From the NCBI RefSeq assembly GCF_963921235.1, contig NC_086097.1, positions 92,258,001-92,322,000 on the forward strand: a stretch of DNA of 64,000 nt, in the 5' to 3' direction. This document shows, piece after piece, positions 50,007 through 63,697 of the stretch (within the stretch, counting starts at the first letter, position 1; each line of letters opens with the position of its first letter). Position numbers and translations under genes: made by a program. The notes beneath the pieces are model-generated. The model was not told the DNA's origin and ran no database searches. It worked only from the letters and a program-made list of their open reading frames with translations. The DNA comes from Mobula hypostoma (taxonomy: Eukaryota).

Positions 50007-51124
50007 AAGGTTTGGAAGATGCTGTCGAGTAGCCTGAGCAAGTACTGCAAAGCACTTTCTGTGAGAGACATTGATACAAGTCCTCCCGAGCTTTCGAACC
50101 CCAGACACGTACAGCCTGTACATACAAAGGAGGATTTGGAGGACCAGGGGGATGGATTTGTCAGCTGGGTTATGTTGAGTCTTCTGATGGAATTACGAGC
50201 AGTTCACAGAATGGAATAGAACTCTGTCATAACCTGGGGAGATCAACCTGAAATGGGACCGAAGTTGTAGAGTGGGAGATACATTCTTGAACCACTACCA
50301 TATTCTAGATTACAAGGCATGCAACCAGATATACCATACAATCCGACTCAAGTTACTAGCTACAACATCCCTAAAGTATGACTTTCAAGTGCATCAATAG
50401 GGTTATTTTAGGATCGGATAGGCTTTGCATACAAGGTAACTAATACCTATTCCACAACAAGCTGTCTGTGAAAAAGGGAAGGAATTTGTAAAAAGAGTTG
50501 AACAACATTGGATTTTAACTGATGAGCTGAAGGAGCATAAAATTAAGTATGAATAAACAGGTATAACAGCAACAAGAAGGGTAAATTGCCCTGCAATATA
50601 TCGATCATGATAAAGTGCCAGTAATTCAGCAAGGAGCCTCTGCCAATTCCTTGCATATGTGCCTCCAAGCTCCAAACGATCTCCATGTTCTTTTCTGGGC
50701 TTTTTCCCATTATCACTCTCATCATCTCCTCATAGGGTCGAGGTATGGTTACAGTTACTCCCCAGCACTTCCAATCCAACACATCAGCGATCCTAACTGT
50801 TTGAACAGTTGCAAGGGGAACAAGGTTTTAGATTCACTTTTAAGCGCCCCTTAAGTTCAGTTGAATGTTTTCGGTTCATTTTAATGCACATATGTTTTAA
50901 GAGTATTATCCTGGGCATTGAAAAATTTTTGATTGTTCACAGTTGTTGAATGCCCCCCGGCAACTGTTGGGGTTATGCCCTTGCTTGCTGTTACACTTTC
51001 TCCCGATGCTTCTTGAAGTCTGCTCTGAATGCCCCTGGCACCAATAGGCTCAAACTTCAACATCACCACTGAAGAGGAGCTTGCCAATTTGCAGGAGGTA
51101 AGTTCCAGGGGATCCTGAAGCCAG

Positions 51125-51480
51125 ACTCCTCATGTAGGTCAGCAGAAAATTCAGGGTGATCGCTTCCTTATAGATTTGATAGAGGTATACAACATTATGA
51201 GGGGTAAGTGCCAGCAGGCTTTTTATCACTGGAGTTGGATGAGACAAGAACTAGGGGTTATAGGTTAAGAGTGAAAGGTGAAATGTTTAGAGGAATATGA
51301 GGAAGAACTTTGCTCTGAGGGTGGTGAGAGTGTAGAACGAGCTGCCAGCAGAAGTGGTGGCTGCAGGTTTGATTGCAAAATTTAAGAGTTTGGATTATGA
51401 CGTGGATGGGGGGGCTATGGTCCAGGTGCAAGTCGACGGGAGCAGGCAGAATAATACTTTTGACACTTTCTGTGTTCTGT
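51125..51480 (+). mobile_element. Old CR1 3' fragment
   Basis: DLIEVY.IMRG, RTRGYRLRVKG, RVVRV.NELP. Confidence 0.7.
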
Positions 51481-52155
51481 CTCTATATATTGAATCACTT
51501 CCAGATTAGCTCTCTCCACTCCCTGTCGCAGTCTATTTACCATTTCCCAATTTTTAACCTTTCACTCTAACTTCATGTCTATCTTCTTATTTATTACATT
51601 CTGCTGCTTTGGTAAATTGGTTAAAAATAAGTTTTATTACTGTAACATGTACTTGGATACAGTGAACAATTTGTTTTGCATATTATCCATGCAAATCCTT
51701 CCATCGTATCAGTACACTGTTGTTATACAAGGGAAAAGCAGTAACAGAATGCAGAATAAAGTGTTACAGTTACAGAGAGAGTGCCGTGCAGCCAGACAAT
51801 ACGATGCAAGGCCACGACGAAGTAGATTGTTAGGTCAAGAGCCCATCTTATCATACTCCAGAACCATTCAATAGTGGGGTTGAGCATGATGGTAAGTGCT
51901 TTTAGGCTTTTGTATCTTCAGCATGTTGGGAGGGAGCTGAAGAGAGAGTGACCAGGTTGGGTGGCACCTTTGATTATATTAGCTGCTTTAATGAGTCTGG
52001 AAGAAGTGTAGACGGAGTCCATGGAGGTGCGGCTAGATTTCTTTGTGCTGAGTTGTATCTGCAACTCTTTGCAGCTTCTTGCGGTCTCAGATAGAGCAGT
52101 TGCCATACCGTGCTCGATGCGTCTGCAAGGACTCTTTCTGCCACTGCTTAATTAA

Positions 52156-52710
52156 TGTCCTAATGTCTAATGACTACTTAATGTCTTGATGGAGACAGAC
52201 GTGAGAAGCAGAGGAACGTCTGGAGAAATTTCTGAAATGCCCGGTTCACTGCCATTGCTACGGTGCGATCGAGAATCTCCGGAGGGTAGGCCCCAAAATC
52301 CCTGGCTTTGCCTGCTGCTGGTGACCAAGGCTGAGGTCGAAGCGTTCGGATAGAAATGGTGCTCGGTACTCGGTGTCGGAGGGCTGATCAGAGCTCGAAG
52401 TTTTCGGACAACTCAGAGTCGGACTGTGGTCGGGCATGGCAGGAAGAGTTTTTCTTCCTTCTCCCGTCAGCGTGAGATGTGGGACTTTCGAGAGACTTTG
52501 AACTTTTTTACTGTGCCATGGACTGTTCTTCAAGTTATGGTATTGTTGCATTTTTGTAACTATATGTTATAATTATGTGGTTTTGTTAGTTTTTCAGTCT
52601 CGGTTTGTCCTGTTTCTGTGATATCACACCGCTGGAATATTGTATCATTTCTTAATGCATGCATTACTAAATGACAATAAAATAAGGCTGCATGTCCTCG
52701 TAATCAAATC
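52156..52710 (+). mobile_element. CpG-rich non-coding retroposon 3' portion (family unassigned)
   Basis: Ends AAATGACAATAAA...AATCAAATC like the Rex1-type UTRs in this window. TAATTAA duplicated at 52149-52155 and 52711-52717. Confidence 0.5.
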
Positions 52711-55674
52711 TAATTAAGTTCTATCTCACTTTAGTCATGTGGCTCACTGGAACCATGACCGAAATCATTTACCTGATAATGTGGTACTGCTCGTGGAACC
52801 TAGAAGATATGTATACCCAGAAGTTTTCTCACCAAGACTCACTTTGTCACTTAATAACTTCCTGCCAATCACTTTAACAGATACTCCACCTCATTTCACT
52901 TTATGTACATAAGCAAATCTTGTGTGTATATACAGCCGCACTCAAGCAGTTACTTGTGTTTTTGTAGAATTGCTTTATCTTTATATTGTGTTTTTTTATT
53001 GTGTTTTTTTTTAAATGCTTCTTTGGATCCAGAGTAACAATCATTTCATTCCCCTTTACACTCGTGTACTGAAGACTGGCAATAAACAGTCTTGAATCTG
53101 AAAGCATTTGCCATGTTTTCTACAATTGTGAATAACCCTCAGTAGTATTTTGTGTGTTGTGAAGCACTTTGAAAGGTCAGAGGTCATGATAATGCTAGAG
53201 AAATGTAAATTTTATAGAGCCCTACAATGTGGAAGCAGAGCCTTTAGCCAATCAGCGTCCATGCTTTTCATTTGCATTAACCCAGTTTCATTCCTTCCGC
53301 ATTCTTACCATCACCACCCCTAGATTCCACAGTGGCCAATTAACCTGCCAACTCACACATCTTTGGGATGTGGGAGGAGACCCACACAGTCACAAGCAGA
53401 TCCTGCAAACTCCACACAGACAGCACCAGAGGCCAGGATTCAGCTGACGTCACTTGACCTGTGAGGCAGCAGCTCTGCTGGTTGTATCACTGTGCTGACC
53501 TGCCACATTGTCTTTTACCATTTTATGTTTGGGCATACAAATTCTACAAGGGGAAAAAAAACTAAGTGATGTTTTAAAAATGTTCATGGGAGCAACCTTT
53601 GATTCATAAACTGCAATTGTCTGGCTAGAGAAAGCTAAATAAACATCTCTAGGCCTAGATAAGAGACAGCACTGCCCCACTATTTGATAGACCTCTGTCT
53701 CTGTCGTCTATGTGAAGCTTCAGTAATAGAAGTAGTCATGCCTTTGAGGAGGATGCAGCAAGCAGAGGGATTTATCTCACAAGTTACTTCGGGGCAAAGG
53801 GAGCATAAGCATTTTTAAAATTCCAGATGTAATTGTGCTTGTGAGTAGCAGAGATGTTTAGATCCCAAAATTAGCATTGACTAGTTAGTTACTATAGCAT
53901 GATGTCTTCACCACCTCAGTAACATCTCCTTGATCATGCAACTAATAAAAATATATCGGAGTTCTGGAACGTTCAGCTGGCCCGATATCCCTGCATAGCA
54001 CATACAAAATGCTGGAGGAACTCAGCAGATCAGGCAGCATCTATGGAGGGGAATAAACGGTCAATAATTTGGGCTAAGACACTTCATGTCATCTCAGCTA
54101 TATGTGTATCTAGCACTAGTCAGGCCTCAACAACTTTTCAGGGAGTGTGTTCAAAGTTCCTCAAAGGAAGGCTTGCTTTCTGACATCGGAATCAGGTTTA
54201 ACATCACCAGTATATGTCATGAAATGTGTTGCTTTACAGCAGCAATGGATTGCAACACATAGTAATAAACACTATCAATTGCAATACGTGTGTGTCTATA
54301 GTGCAAAAAGAGGGGAAAATACTGAACAAGTGCTCATGGGTTTATTGTCCATTCAGAAATCTGATGGGGAGGAAGAAGCTGTTTCTGAAATGATGAGTGT
54401 GTGTCTTCAAGCTCCTGTATCTCCACTTTGGTGGAAATAAGAAGAGGGCACATCCTGGTTGATTGGGGGGAGGGGTCCTTAATGATGGATGCTGCCTTTT
54501 GAGGTATTGCCTTTAAAGGCGTCCAGGATGCAGGGGAGGCTGGTGCCCATGATGGAGCTGGCTGAGTTTACAACTTTCTGCAGCTTTTGCTGATCCCATG
54601 AGTGGCCCCTCCATACCCGGTGGTGATGCAACCAGTTAGCATGCTCTCCAATGTACATCTGTAGAAATTTACAATTGCCTTTGGTGATATACCAAACTCC
54701 TGATGAAATATACCCACTGCTGAGCTGCCTTTGTAATTGCCTCAATATGTTGGGCCTAGGATAGATCCCCAGTGAGAAATCCTCCATCATCTACAAGTAA
54801 TATAAATTTCCATGGAAATTATTCCACACCCCCAACCCTGTTCTCAATTTCCCCACTAGAGTGGAGAGCCTCTCTGCCTTTTACCTGCTCAAATCGCAGC
54901 ACCGTCTTAACTATCTCAACTGCTTGCCCCTTCCAAACTCCTATATGCAAGGGAATTTATTTTGGACTGTGCATGGGTTTCCACAAAAGATGGTTTACAT
55001 TTTTACTTTTCTTTTCTAATCCAGTCTTAACATAAATTTGCCTGGAAGGATTGTTGTCAAATTACCAAAGCCCCTACATCAGTAAACAATATTGTATGCA
55101 GGTTTAATGGATGGATGAATTTGGCTAAAGAAATGTTCTCAGCATTGATTGTCTTGATGACAGCATAGAAGGGTGCAACTTTATTCAATTTCCCATGCTC
55201 TTTAAAAAACTATCCGATTAACTCTACTCTCTGGTCTTCTACCATAGTCCCACAACTTGTTTTCCCTTGTAAGTTGATTTTTGTTTGAGTTCTGCTGTTG
55301 AATCTGTTTCTACAAATATATTTCATGGAGTTCAACCACATCACAACAACCCACTGCATGCAAAATAATTCTCCCCTTTCCTCTAGTTCTTTATGGAGGC
55401 AGATATTTTAAGTATAACACATAGTGATTTCTAGCTACATGCTGATAGCAACTATAATTATGTAGACACTTCATTGTGTGCAGTATTTTGAGATCTGTCA
55501 AAGTGATAAGGTATTATATAGATGCAAGTATAGTATCACAAGACACTAGTATCTGTTCAACCAATGCTGTTTTGCGTCATATCATATGAATTAAAATAGG
55601 CAGGAAAGCTAACTTGTCATTTCCTACACTGGGAAAACACAGCAACATGATCATTAAAATGTGTCACTGATCAG

Positions 55675-55945
55675 AAGTACAGTAGTATAGTGGTTAGCAC
55701 ATTTTACAGTACAGCCAACCCCAGTTCAATTCCCATCACTGCCTGTAAGGAACTTGTACATTCTCCCCTACACTGCAAGAGCTTCCAGGTGCTCTGGTTT
55801 CCTCCCACAGTCCAAAGGTGTACCGGTATTGTGCTGTAGGATTTCTATGTTTCTAAATTGTCCCGTGATTAGGCTAGGGGAAATCAGGGATCGTTGGGAG
55901 TTGTAGCTCAAAGGATCTATTCCGCGCTGTATCTCAGTAAAATGA
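55675..55945 (+). mobile_element. V-SINE
   Basis: TAGTATAGTGG, GTTCAATTCC, CTCTGGTTTCCTCCCACAGTCCAAAG. Confidence 0.65.
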
Positions 55946-56234
55946 AAAAAAAGCGACTATTACATGTAACCTCCCATCAATTTGGTCACTGAGTATAAAA
56001 GCTGGGAAATCATGTTTGGTTAGGCCACATTAGGAGTATTGTGGGAAGTTCTTGTTGCCTCACTAGTTAAAGAATGAGGAGTCAGAAAAATTTTTACCAG
56101 GACCTTCCCTGGATTGGAGTGTATTCACTATAAAGTGAGTTTGGACAAACTTGGATTACTTTTCTGGAGTGTTGGATGCTGAGGAGGACCCTGTATAAAT
56201 ATGTAAATTATGAGAGGCATAGATGGGACAGATA

Positions 56235-56771
56235 AAACATAGAAATTTACAGCGCATTACAGGCCCTTCGGCCCACAATGTTGGCCGACCATGTAAGCTA
56301 CTCTACAGACTGCCTACAATTTCCCTACCGCAGAGCCCACTATTTCTCCAAGGCCCATGTACCTATCTAAGAGTCTCTTAAAAGACCCTATTGTATCTCC
56401 CTCTACCACCTTCGCTGGCAGTGTATTCCACACACCCACCACTCTGTGTGTGAGAAACTTACCCTGACATCCCCTAAGTACCTATTTCCAAGCATCTTAA
56501 AACTACACACCCTCGAGTTAGCCATTTCAACCCTGGGAAAAAGCCTCTGGCCATCCACACAATCAATGCCTCTCATCATCTTATACACCTCTATCAGGTC
56601 GCTTCTCATCCTCCTTCCGCCAAGTTCACTCAACCTATTCTCATCAGGCATGCTCCCCAATCCAGGCAACATCCTTGTAAATCTCCTCTGCACTCTCTCT
56701 ATAGTATCCCACATCCTTCCTGTAGTGAGGTGACCAGAACTGAGCACAGTACTCCAAGTGGGGTCTGACCA
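56235..56771 (-). mobile_element. CR1 3' fragment nested in an older plus-strand CR1 (about 55960-57080)
   Basis: ERVQRRFTRMLPGL, DLIEVYKMMRGID. AGATA on both sides. Confidence 0.8.
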
Positions 56772-58084
56772 AGATAGTCAATCCTCTGCCCCCCCCACCC
56801 CCCAATGTCAAAAACCAGAGAGCATAGCTTTAAGGGAGAGGGGGGAAAGTTTAAAAAGGATATGCAAGGCAAGTGCTTTTTACACTTAGATTGGGGGATG
56901 CTTGGAATGTGCTGCCAGAAGTGGAAGAATCAGATGCAATAGTGATGGTTAACAGGTTTTTGGACAGACACACGAGCAGGAAACTGACAGAGGAATGCTG
57001 GCTATGTGCAGGTAAAGGGGATTAGTTAGATTTGCATCATGATTGGCACCAACACTGAGGGCTGAAGGGCCCATTCCTACCACAACATTGCGTTTAATGG
57101 TTGCACTGACCCGCGGCTCCATATACAAGTTAGACAATAAACAAAATGAGTGTGCAGCAAGCAAACTGGATTTCTGATGCCCTTCCTCCACCTGGTCTTC
57201 AACCAATGACTTCTCCTCTGCCCATTACCCAGCTATGAACACCACTCAGCATGTTACAGATATCAGCCTTCCCTCCATGGATCTCCTCTACACTTCTTGC
57301 AGCCAGCATAATCAAAGACCCCACCCACCCTGAACAACCCTTTGCCCCTCCAAACAGGCAGAATATTAAAAGACCTAAAAGGATGCACCACCAGCTACAA
57401 AGAGGACAGCTTCTACCCCACTGTTTGAACAGTTCCGTAGTATGATAAGTGATAAGCTGGGAGTCTGACCTCAAAATCTACCTCACTGTGACCTTGTATC
57501 TTATTGCCTGCCTGCACTGCACTTCCTCAGTCATTGTAACACTTTATTCTGCATTGCTATTGCTTTCCCTTGTACTACCTCAATGCACTGTTGTAATGAA
57601 TGATCTGTATGGATGACAAAGTTTTTTTGCTGTAACTCAGTACGTGACAATAATAAACCAATTTACAGCCTCACTGAATAACCCTCTTTCCTTCCTCTGT
57701 AATTACTTGGCCACAGCTTAAAGGTGCCTTGAGTTACTTGTCTCAACAACTTAATATTAAAATGCTTTCCAGGTCATACCTTTCCACACTAAAGAATGTT
57801 ATCCAGAATTCCTAACCGGATTTATACATACTTTATATTGTTTTGAAGTATTTTCTGTACATTCACCCTACAGCACTCTAAGTTTGAGTCAAACATCTCA
57901 CAGCGTTCCCTGTTCTAAAGATCTGCAGCCTGGCCAATATTTCCTGGTAACTGAAGGACTACTACATGTCATACATTTTCCAGGTTTTGGATGGATATTG
58001 ATTTTAGGTGGAGCTGAACAAGAGAGAGGAGAGAGAGAGAAATTGCCTTTAAACTCATGAGAGAGCATAGACCATCAACTTTTT

Positions 58085-58250
58085 GCTGTTGATGTTTCTG
58101 TAGCAGGCAATTTCTTTTTTACGAGGTCCAGTTGCCAGCTCAACACTCAACCCAGCACGGATGGAAAGTGTGCTTGGGAGCCAGCTGGATTCGAACTCAG
58201 GACCTTCCGCCCCAAAGTCCAGCACTGATGTCTCTACACCACCAGCTGGA
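58085..58250 (-). mobile_element. tRNA-derived SINE (second copy at about 59005-59140)
   Basis: Minus strand TGGTGTAG...GAGTTCGAATCC. The two copies share CTCAACCCAGCAC and GCCAGCTG. Confidence 0.65.
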
Positions 58251-59683
58251 TCATTAATTTTGTTCGGTCTGCATGATCATCTGTAATTGTTCATTAGAAC
58301 CAGATTCCAAAGGCTTCTTTGGGACTCAGACCCATCAACATGAGCTGTCTTTCTGAAATGCGCTCCGTGCTGTGAAATCCACAAGGATGCATTTCCTGTA
58401 CTAATGTTACCCTCTACTTCCTTGCCCTCCTCATCTGCTGAGCAGACATGCTGTGATGATTTGTGCAACAGTTCGCTATTGGCGGAGGGTAGGAGAACTT
58501 CCCCTCGGGGGACCTGGGGTGGTGTGTGTTTCACTGAGCAGGGTTGTACAGCATGGTTTACGAGGTCACTTGCCATTTCCATGGCCCTCAAGTTCATGAA
58601 AAGCTGCAGCCCTCTGAGTATTCAGAGGGGCTGCTTCTCAAGTTCTGATTGCACCAACCCTACTCTTCTGATCTTTAATCCACATGATCTTTATGTACAA
58701 AACTTAATTTCTGTGCATTTCACTATTGAGTCCAATCTCTCAGACTCCTTGGGACACACCCTATCACTTAGCACCGCAGAATCCATTCATTATCAACAAT
58801 ACCCTTATGGAAAATATCCCTCCCTCCACCCCCCACCAACACCTTCCTCTGAATATCTGCAAGCATGTGTCATGTACACACTGTCCCTGGGTTAGGAATG
58901 CCCAATGCATGAACACCAGTACATAGAATAATCTCCCATAATATTATTGTTGGTCCTTTCCACGCTTTGTGGTGTATTGGGCAGCAACCGAGCCCTTTCA
59001 TTAGCATTTGTGTGTGTGTTTTTTGAGGCTGAGTTGCTAGCTCAACCCTCAACCCAGCACAGATGTAAAGCGTGCAAGCAGCCAGCTGAATTCAAACCCG
59101 CGACCACTTGCTCCAAAGCCACTACACCACTGGCCAGCTACAATATTATTACATTCAAATTAATTATTTCTTATCAGGCTTTTGTGGAGGTAGTCACCAC
59201 ATTCTGTATTTTCAGATTTGTGGACAAAAGTGATGAATGTCTGTAAAAATGAAACCCATTCATTACACAACAGTGCCCTGCATGACTATGACTCATTCAT
59301 GGTTGACGCGTAACACGACCAGGATAACAGAGCGGATGAGCTGATGGGAGGGGTTGTGAGGGGTTTTGGTGGGGTGGGAAGAGAAGCTATAAAAAATGTT
59401 TTCTTTTAACTTGACGATGGTCTAAGCACAATAGAGGGAGATGCTCCGGAAACCAAGACGCAGGAGCAATTTGGGCAGAAAGAAGATTGCATTCGTAGGA
59501 GTGGTGTACAGAATTCCCAACAGACACAGATGGACCAAGCACAGATCAGAAGAGAACGATGATGGTCATGGGGGAGTTCTAATCTACACAGAAGTCTGAT
59601 TGATTGCCGAGCTTGGCAAAATGTTTGCAGATGTTTTGACTCTAATGGAGAAACCAACATCAATGCGCAGTTGAGGGTGCTGT

Positions 59684-60545
59684 TGTTACGTACCCCATAA
59701 CTGGGTTGCCAAACCAGCAGAAATGGATCACTCAGTTGGAGTCTGGATTGCTAGAACTAAGAAAGTTTTATTAAAGAAACAAGCAACACAGTACTCTAAT
59801 CAAAAGGATAATAAATGCAATAGTTCAGCAATGATAAACATACATGTACACAGAATTAAGATAACAGGATCAATCAAGCTCTATCGTTGTCTAGGGGTAA
59901 ATGACCAGTTTCAAAGTGACGCACAGTTCAGTTCAGTTCGCAGTAATCGCTGCCGTGGCGATGGACAGTGGGGGGGAAGGAGAGAGAGAGCAAAACGAAT
60001 GAATATTCAAAACGGCTTCCACACAGACCTTTGCAGTCAGCTTTCGGGCGAGTCCTTTGTGATGTCATCTGAAGTCACCGACCGTGACCCCTCCGTTTCC
60101 AGATACGATCGTTTCTCTGCGGTGAACCCGGCACCCAGGCAAGAGTGGACACACACCAGGTTCCCGCCGATCGTGCCTTTCCACCCTGTGCATCTATGGC
60201 TTGGTCCCGCAACTGGCCTTCCAAAAACTTCCCACCGACTTGTGAGAGACGCACCGCTTCCAGGGTCTCGTTACCTCCGGTGTCGTGTGTGTTGCCTTAG
60301 CGAACCTGTCCCTTTTTATCCCCCTGCTGGGGTATCGCCTTGTCCATCACTTCAAACAGTTCAGGGTTCAAAGGGGGAGCCGATCTTGACAGCTCTCCTT
60401 CCCCTTCATTAACATCTCCAAATGCTGCTCCATTGTTTTCCTTATCTCTCTCTCTCTCCTGAAGACAGGTGGCAGACCAACTGCTGATTCCACTGGTGCC
60501 AGCACAGGACAGCTAACATCTTAATCTATGTGTATTCTCGTCACA
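59684..60545 (-). repeat. 3' LTR (862 bp, TG...CA)
   Basis: TGTTACG...CGTCACA. Its first about 300 bp match 63698-64000 with 6 transitions and one 1-bp indel by manual count. Confidence 0.95.
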
Positions 60546-60560
60546 CTTCCCCCCTTTAAG
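60546..60560 (-). promoter_or_regulatory. Polypurine tract
   Basis: Minus strand CTTAAAGGGGGGAAG directly abutting the 3' LTR. Confidence 0.9.
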
Positions 60561-60654
60561 GATTTTTACCGGGGGTAAAAATTACAAACATGAATACATT
60601 ATTCGATACACTCAAATATACATCTTTATCAGCTATTTGGCTAATACAGCGAAT

Positions 60655-61661
60655 TTGAAGTTGTCAACACCTGACAGACAGTCAGCTATCACATTTTCTG
60701 TTCCTTTTATATGTGTTATTAATAATCCCTTAGACCAGGCTCCAACTTAGCAAACTTTATAGTGGCCAAAAACACTGATGAATTGTGATCAATGTAACCT
60801 CTCATTTGGTCTCGTCCCGGACCACAATAACAAGGGTCGTCCCATTCCGACTTAGTTTTCTCTCGCAAGGGCTTAGCAGGAGGGGGAGGGGTAGTAACCG
60901 CAGAGTTATTGCAAAACTTCCTACAGTACCCCACCATCTCCAAGAGCCTTCTGAGGGCCCTCTTGTCTGTCGGGGTTGGGATGTCAGAGATAGCCCGCAC
61001 TTTAGCTTGCATCGCTGCCAGCTGCTCCTGTGTCACCACAATTCCCAGGTAAGTGACCTTTGTATGGCCAAACTCATTTTTTTCAAGGTTCACTATCAAG
61101 CTGGCTTCAGACAGCCGTATTACATCGCCAATACACACACCTGTGTTCGTCAGCCCTTTAGTCACTGAATTACTCATTCTATAGGGTTGTTGCTCGCTCG
61201 GCTGACCTAGTGTAACAAGCACCACCCAACGTCCCAGTTCTTTGCATTGCCTCGGGACAATCAAACATACGCGTGCGAGTCGTTTAATTACTTCTCCTAA
61301 AGAGTCGCTTTTTTCGGGGATTAAGGGAGAGACCTTATCAGCAGAGCTGGCCAAAACAATAGCCTTCTCCCATCTGGTCAATACCATACTCATCTTTTCA
61401 AAATGTTTTTTTTTCTCTTACCGGGGGGCCCCTAGCTTCATTGATTTCCGCGCTAACACCGACTAGGTTTGTTAGCATATCAAAAGCCTGTGACCGTCTC
61501 AGTTCGCGTCGGCCATAATCAATAACATCCTTCCTCCTGGGCAGCCGGTAAACCTCTTTCATGATTCCACCAACTGTTTCCTCCAACACCGCAAAATGTC
61601 CACCGGGGGGTACCTCGTGGGCCAGGTTAAAAACCTCATCCCCATAACTCTTTTGCACCAC
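60655..61661 (-). pseudogene. Heavily deleted pol remnant in integrase-RT-RNaseH order
   Basis: LAHEVPPGGH (integrase Zn-binding remnant), QQPYRM, LIVNLEKNEFGHTKVTYLG, LRRLLEMVGYCRKF, YIDHN, HIKGTENVIADCLS. No YxDD or DDE core. Confidence 0.75.
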
Positions 61662-61664
61662 CCC

Positions 61665-63598
61665 CTATTCCTCATCTGCGGGCACGGTACTTGGTCTCCC
61701 TTTCTTCCTTAGCACTTCCTCCTCCACACAATAGCCTACTAGTTCCCTTGTTAAGTCTGTGTCAGAGAGAGCAGTCTCTGCCAAAATCATCAGCCCCTCG
61801 TCTCGCTTCTGCGCCTGCACAAATTCTTTCCTGGCTAATTCTAAGTCTGTCTCAGCTCCCTCACTACCTCTTGTTTCACTACACTCCTTCTTTTCACTTT
61901 CTACCCCCTTCTCGTACAAGGCTGGCAGAAACGTCTCAGCTAAATTTACTACCGCAGTCCCGTGATGAACCTGTGAGTCCATGGGCAGGGCCTCAATGCT
62001 GGCAGGCTGACCTGTCAATCTCAAGGCTGGGAACACGATTCCCCCGGCGAGGTCATTACCGAGCAAGACTTCCACGCCTTTCATCGGTAATTTGGGCCTC
62101 ACCCCGATCGTGACTAGTCCAGAGACCAGGTTGCTTTGTAAGCGTATCTGGTGCAAAGGGACTGCCTCTGTCCCTTCCCCAATACCTTTGACCTTGACCT
62201 CCCCAGTCTGGGTCTCTGAGCTAAACTCTAATACACTCTTCAGTATCAGTGACTGACACGCTCCCGTGTCTCTCCAGATCTGCACTGGAACTGGTTTTAA
62301 CCCCTCCTTCACTGACACCAATCCGGCCAAGATAAACCTCTCGCGCCCTTCCTGAACTTTGGCAGACCTTTCCTCTCCTAGCGGTTCGTTTACCAGCTCG
62401 ATACAGCCAGTCAAAATCGCCGTTTTTCCTTTTCCCGTCTCCTTCTTTGGGGCAAAGCACCTGGACGCAAAGTGTCCGACTTTCCCGCAATTATAATAGA
62501 CGACCCCAGGAGACTTCCTACCAGACTGCTCCCGGCCTACCTTATCCTTCTCACTAGTCCCCGGCTTACTTTCTGACTTTTCTGGCAGACTCTCCCCACC
62601 ATCCTGACTACCCTTCTGGTAGCCTTTACTTGGGGCAAACTTCATTTTATGCGTCAACGCATACTCATCCGCTAACTTAGCAGTTGCGGCTAACGTGGCT
62701 GCCTCTTTCTCATCTAGGTAGGGTCTCATACCCTCAGGGACACAACCTTTAAACTGCTCAATCAGGATCAGCTGTAGCAGTCTGTCATAATCCCCCTCTA
62801 CCCCCTTCGAGGCGCACCAACGCTCACAATATGTCTGCATCTCACGGGCAAACTCTAAATACGTGCGGTCCCACTGCTTCCTCGCATTCCGGAACCAACT
62901 CATAAATCCTGAGGATGGCCTCCTTCACCACCTCATACCTCTGGGCATCTTCCACGGACAAAGCTGAGTAAGTTTGTTGGGCTTTCCCTTTCAGTACACT
63001 CTGAAGCAAAACATCCCACTTATCCCTCGGCCAGTCCTGACTTGTAGCAACTTTTTCGAAATGGAGAAAGTACCGATCCACGTCGGTATCGTCAAATGGG
63101 GGAACCAGCCTAACCTCCTGGGTCGCCCGGAACCCTCCACCTTGGTTCGGCACGGGCCCCTGCTCTGCCCTCATCTTTAACTTCTCCAGCTCAAATTCCC
63201 TTTCCCTCTGTTTCTCCTCTCGCTCCAACTGTCTCTCTCTCTCTCTCCTGCCTTTCTAACTCTCTCTCCTTCTCTTCTTGCTCCAACTGTCTATCCCTCT
63301 CTTTCTCTTCTCGCTCCAACTGCCGTACCCGGAACTTGTGCTCGAGTCTCAGTTTTTCAAGCTGCACCTGTACCGCGTCTCCAGCAGGTTTTTCAATAGA
63401 CACCACCTCCAGCTCGCCTTGGGGAAACACACCTTTAGATACATAGTGCTCTACGATAGCTCTGTGTATCTCCTCTCTCCTCATTGTCGACTTCCCCTTA
63501 GCAAGATTCAACCGTTTGGCCACAGCTACCAATTCCGATTTCCTGGCATCCTCTAATGCCTCCAAGGTCGGCACCTTTATAATTTCCTCAGCCTCCAT
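61665..63598 (-). pseudogene. Gag (coiled coil, SCAN-like capsid, zinc knuckle) plus aspartic protease, two frameshifts
   Basis: VPPF..DVDRYFLHFEKVA...WP...W, LILIEQF, AKLADEY, YNCGKVGHFASRC, RDTGA, LLGNDL. Confidence 0.88.
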
Positions 63599-63674
63599 TT
63601 CTGCTGTTTGTCTTTTCTTTCTTTCAGGAATTTTGACCCAATCAATTTACTCCGTCCCAAATTTAGCGTTTAAA

Positions 63675-63694
63675 ATCGCGGACGAGAACCCCAC
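63675..63694 (-). promoter_or_regulatory. Primer-binding site, tRNA-Pro-like (imperfect)
   Basis: Minus strand TGGGGTTCTCGTCCGCGAT, a few nt after the 5' LTR, versus the canonical Pro PBS TGGGGGCTCGTCCGGGAT. Confidence 0.75.
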
Positions 63695-63697
63695 TTA

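Noticed and set aside
54000..54090. Additional hammerheads in old Penelope tails (also about 24262 and 36825)
   Set aside because: CTGANGA or GAAAC cores are mutated, so these were not counted as ribozymes.
58277..58895. Overlapping 106-aa and 163-aa ORFs in non-repeat sequence
   Set aside because: No domain, splice or compositional support.
59723..60412. 229-aa ORF
   Set aside because: Lies wholly inside the LTR, antisense to the element, with no recognisable domain.
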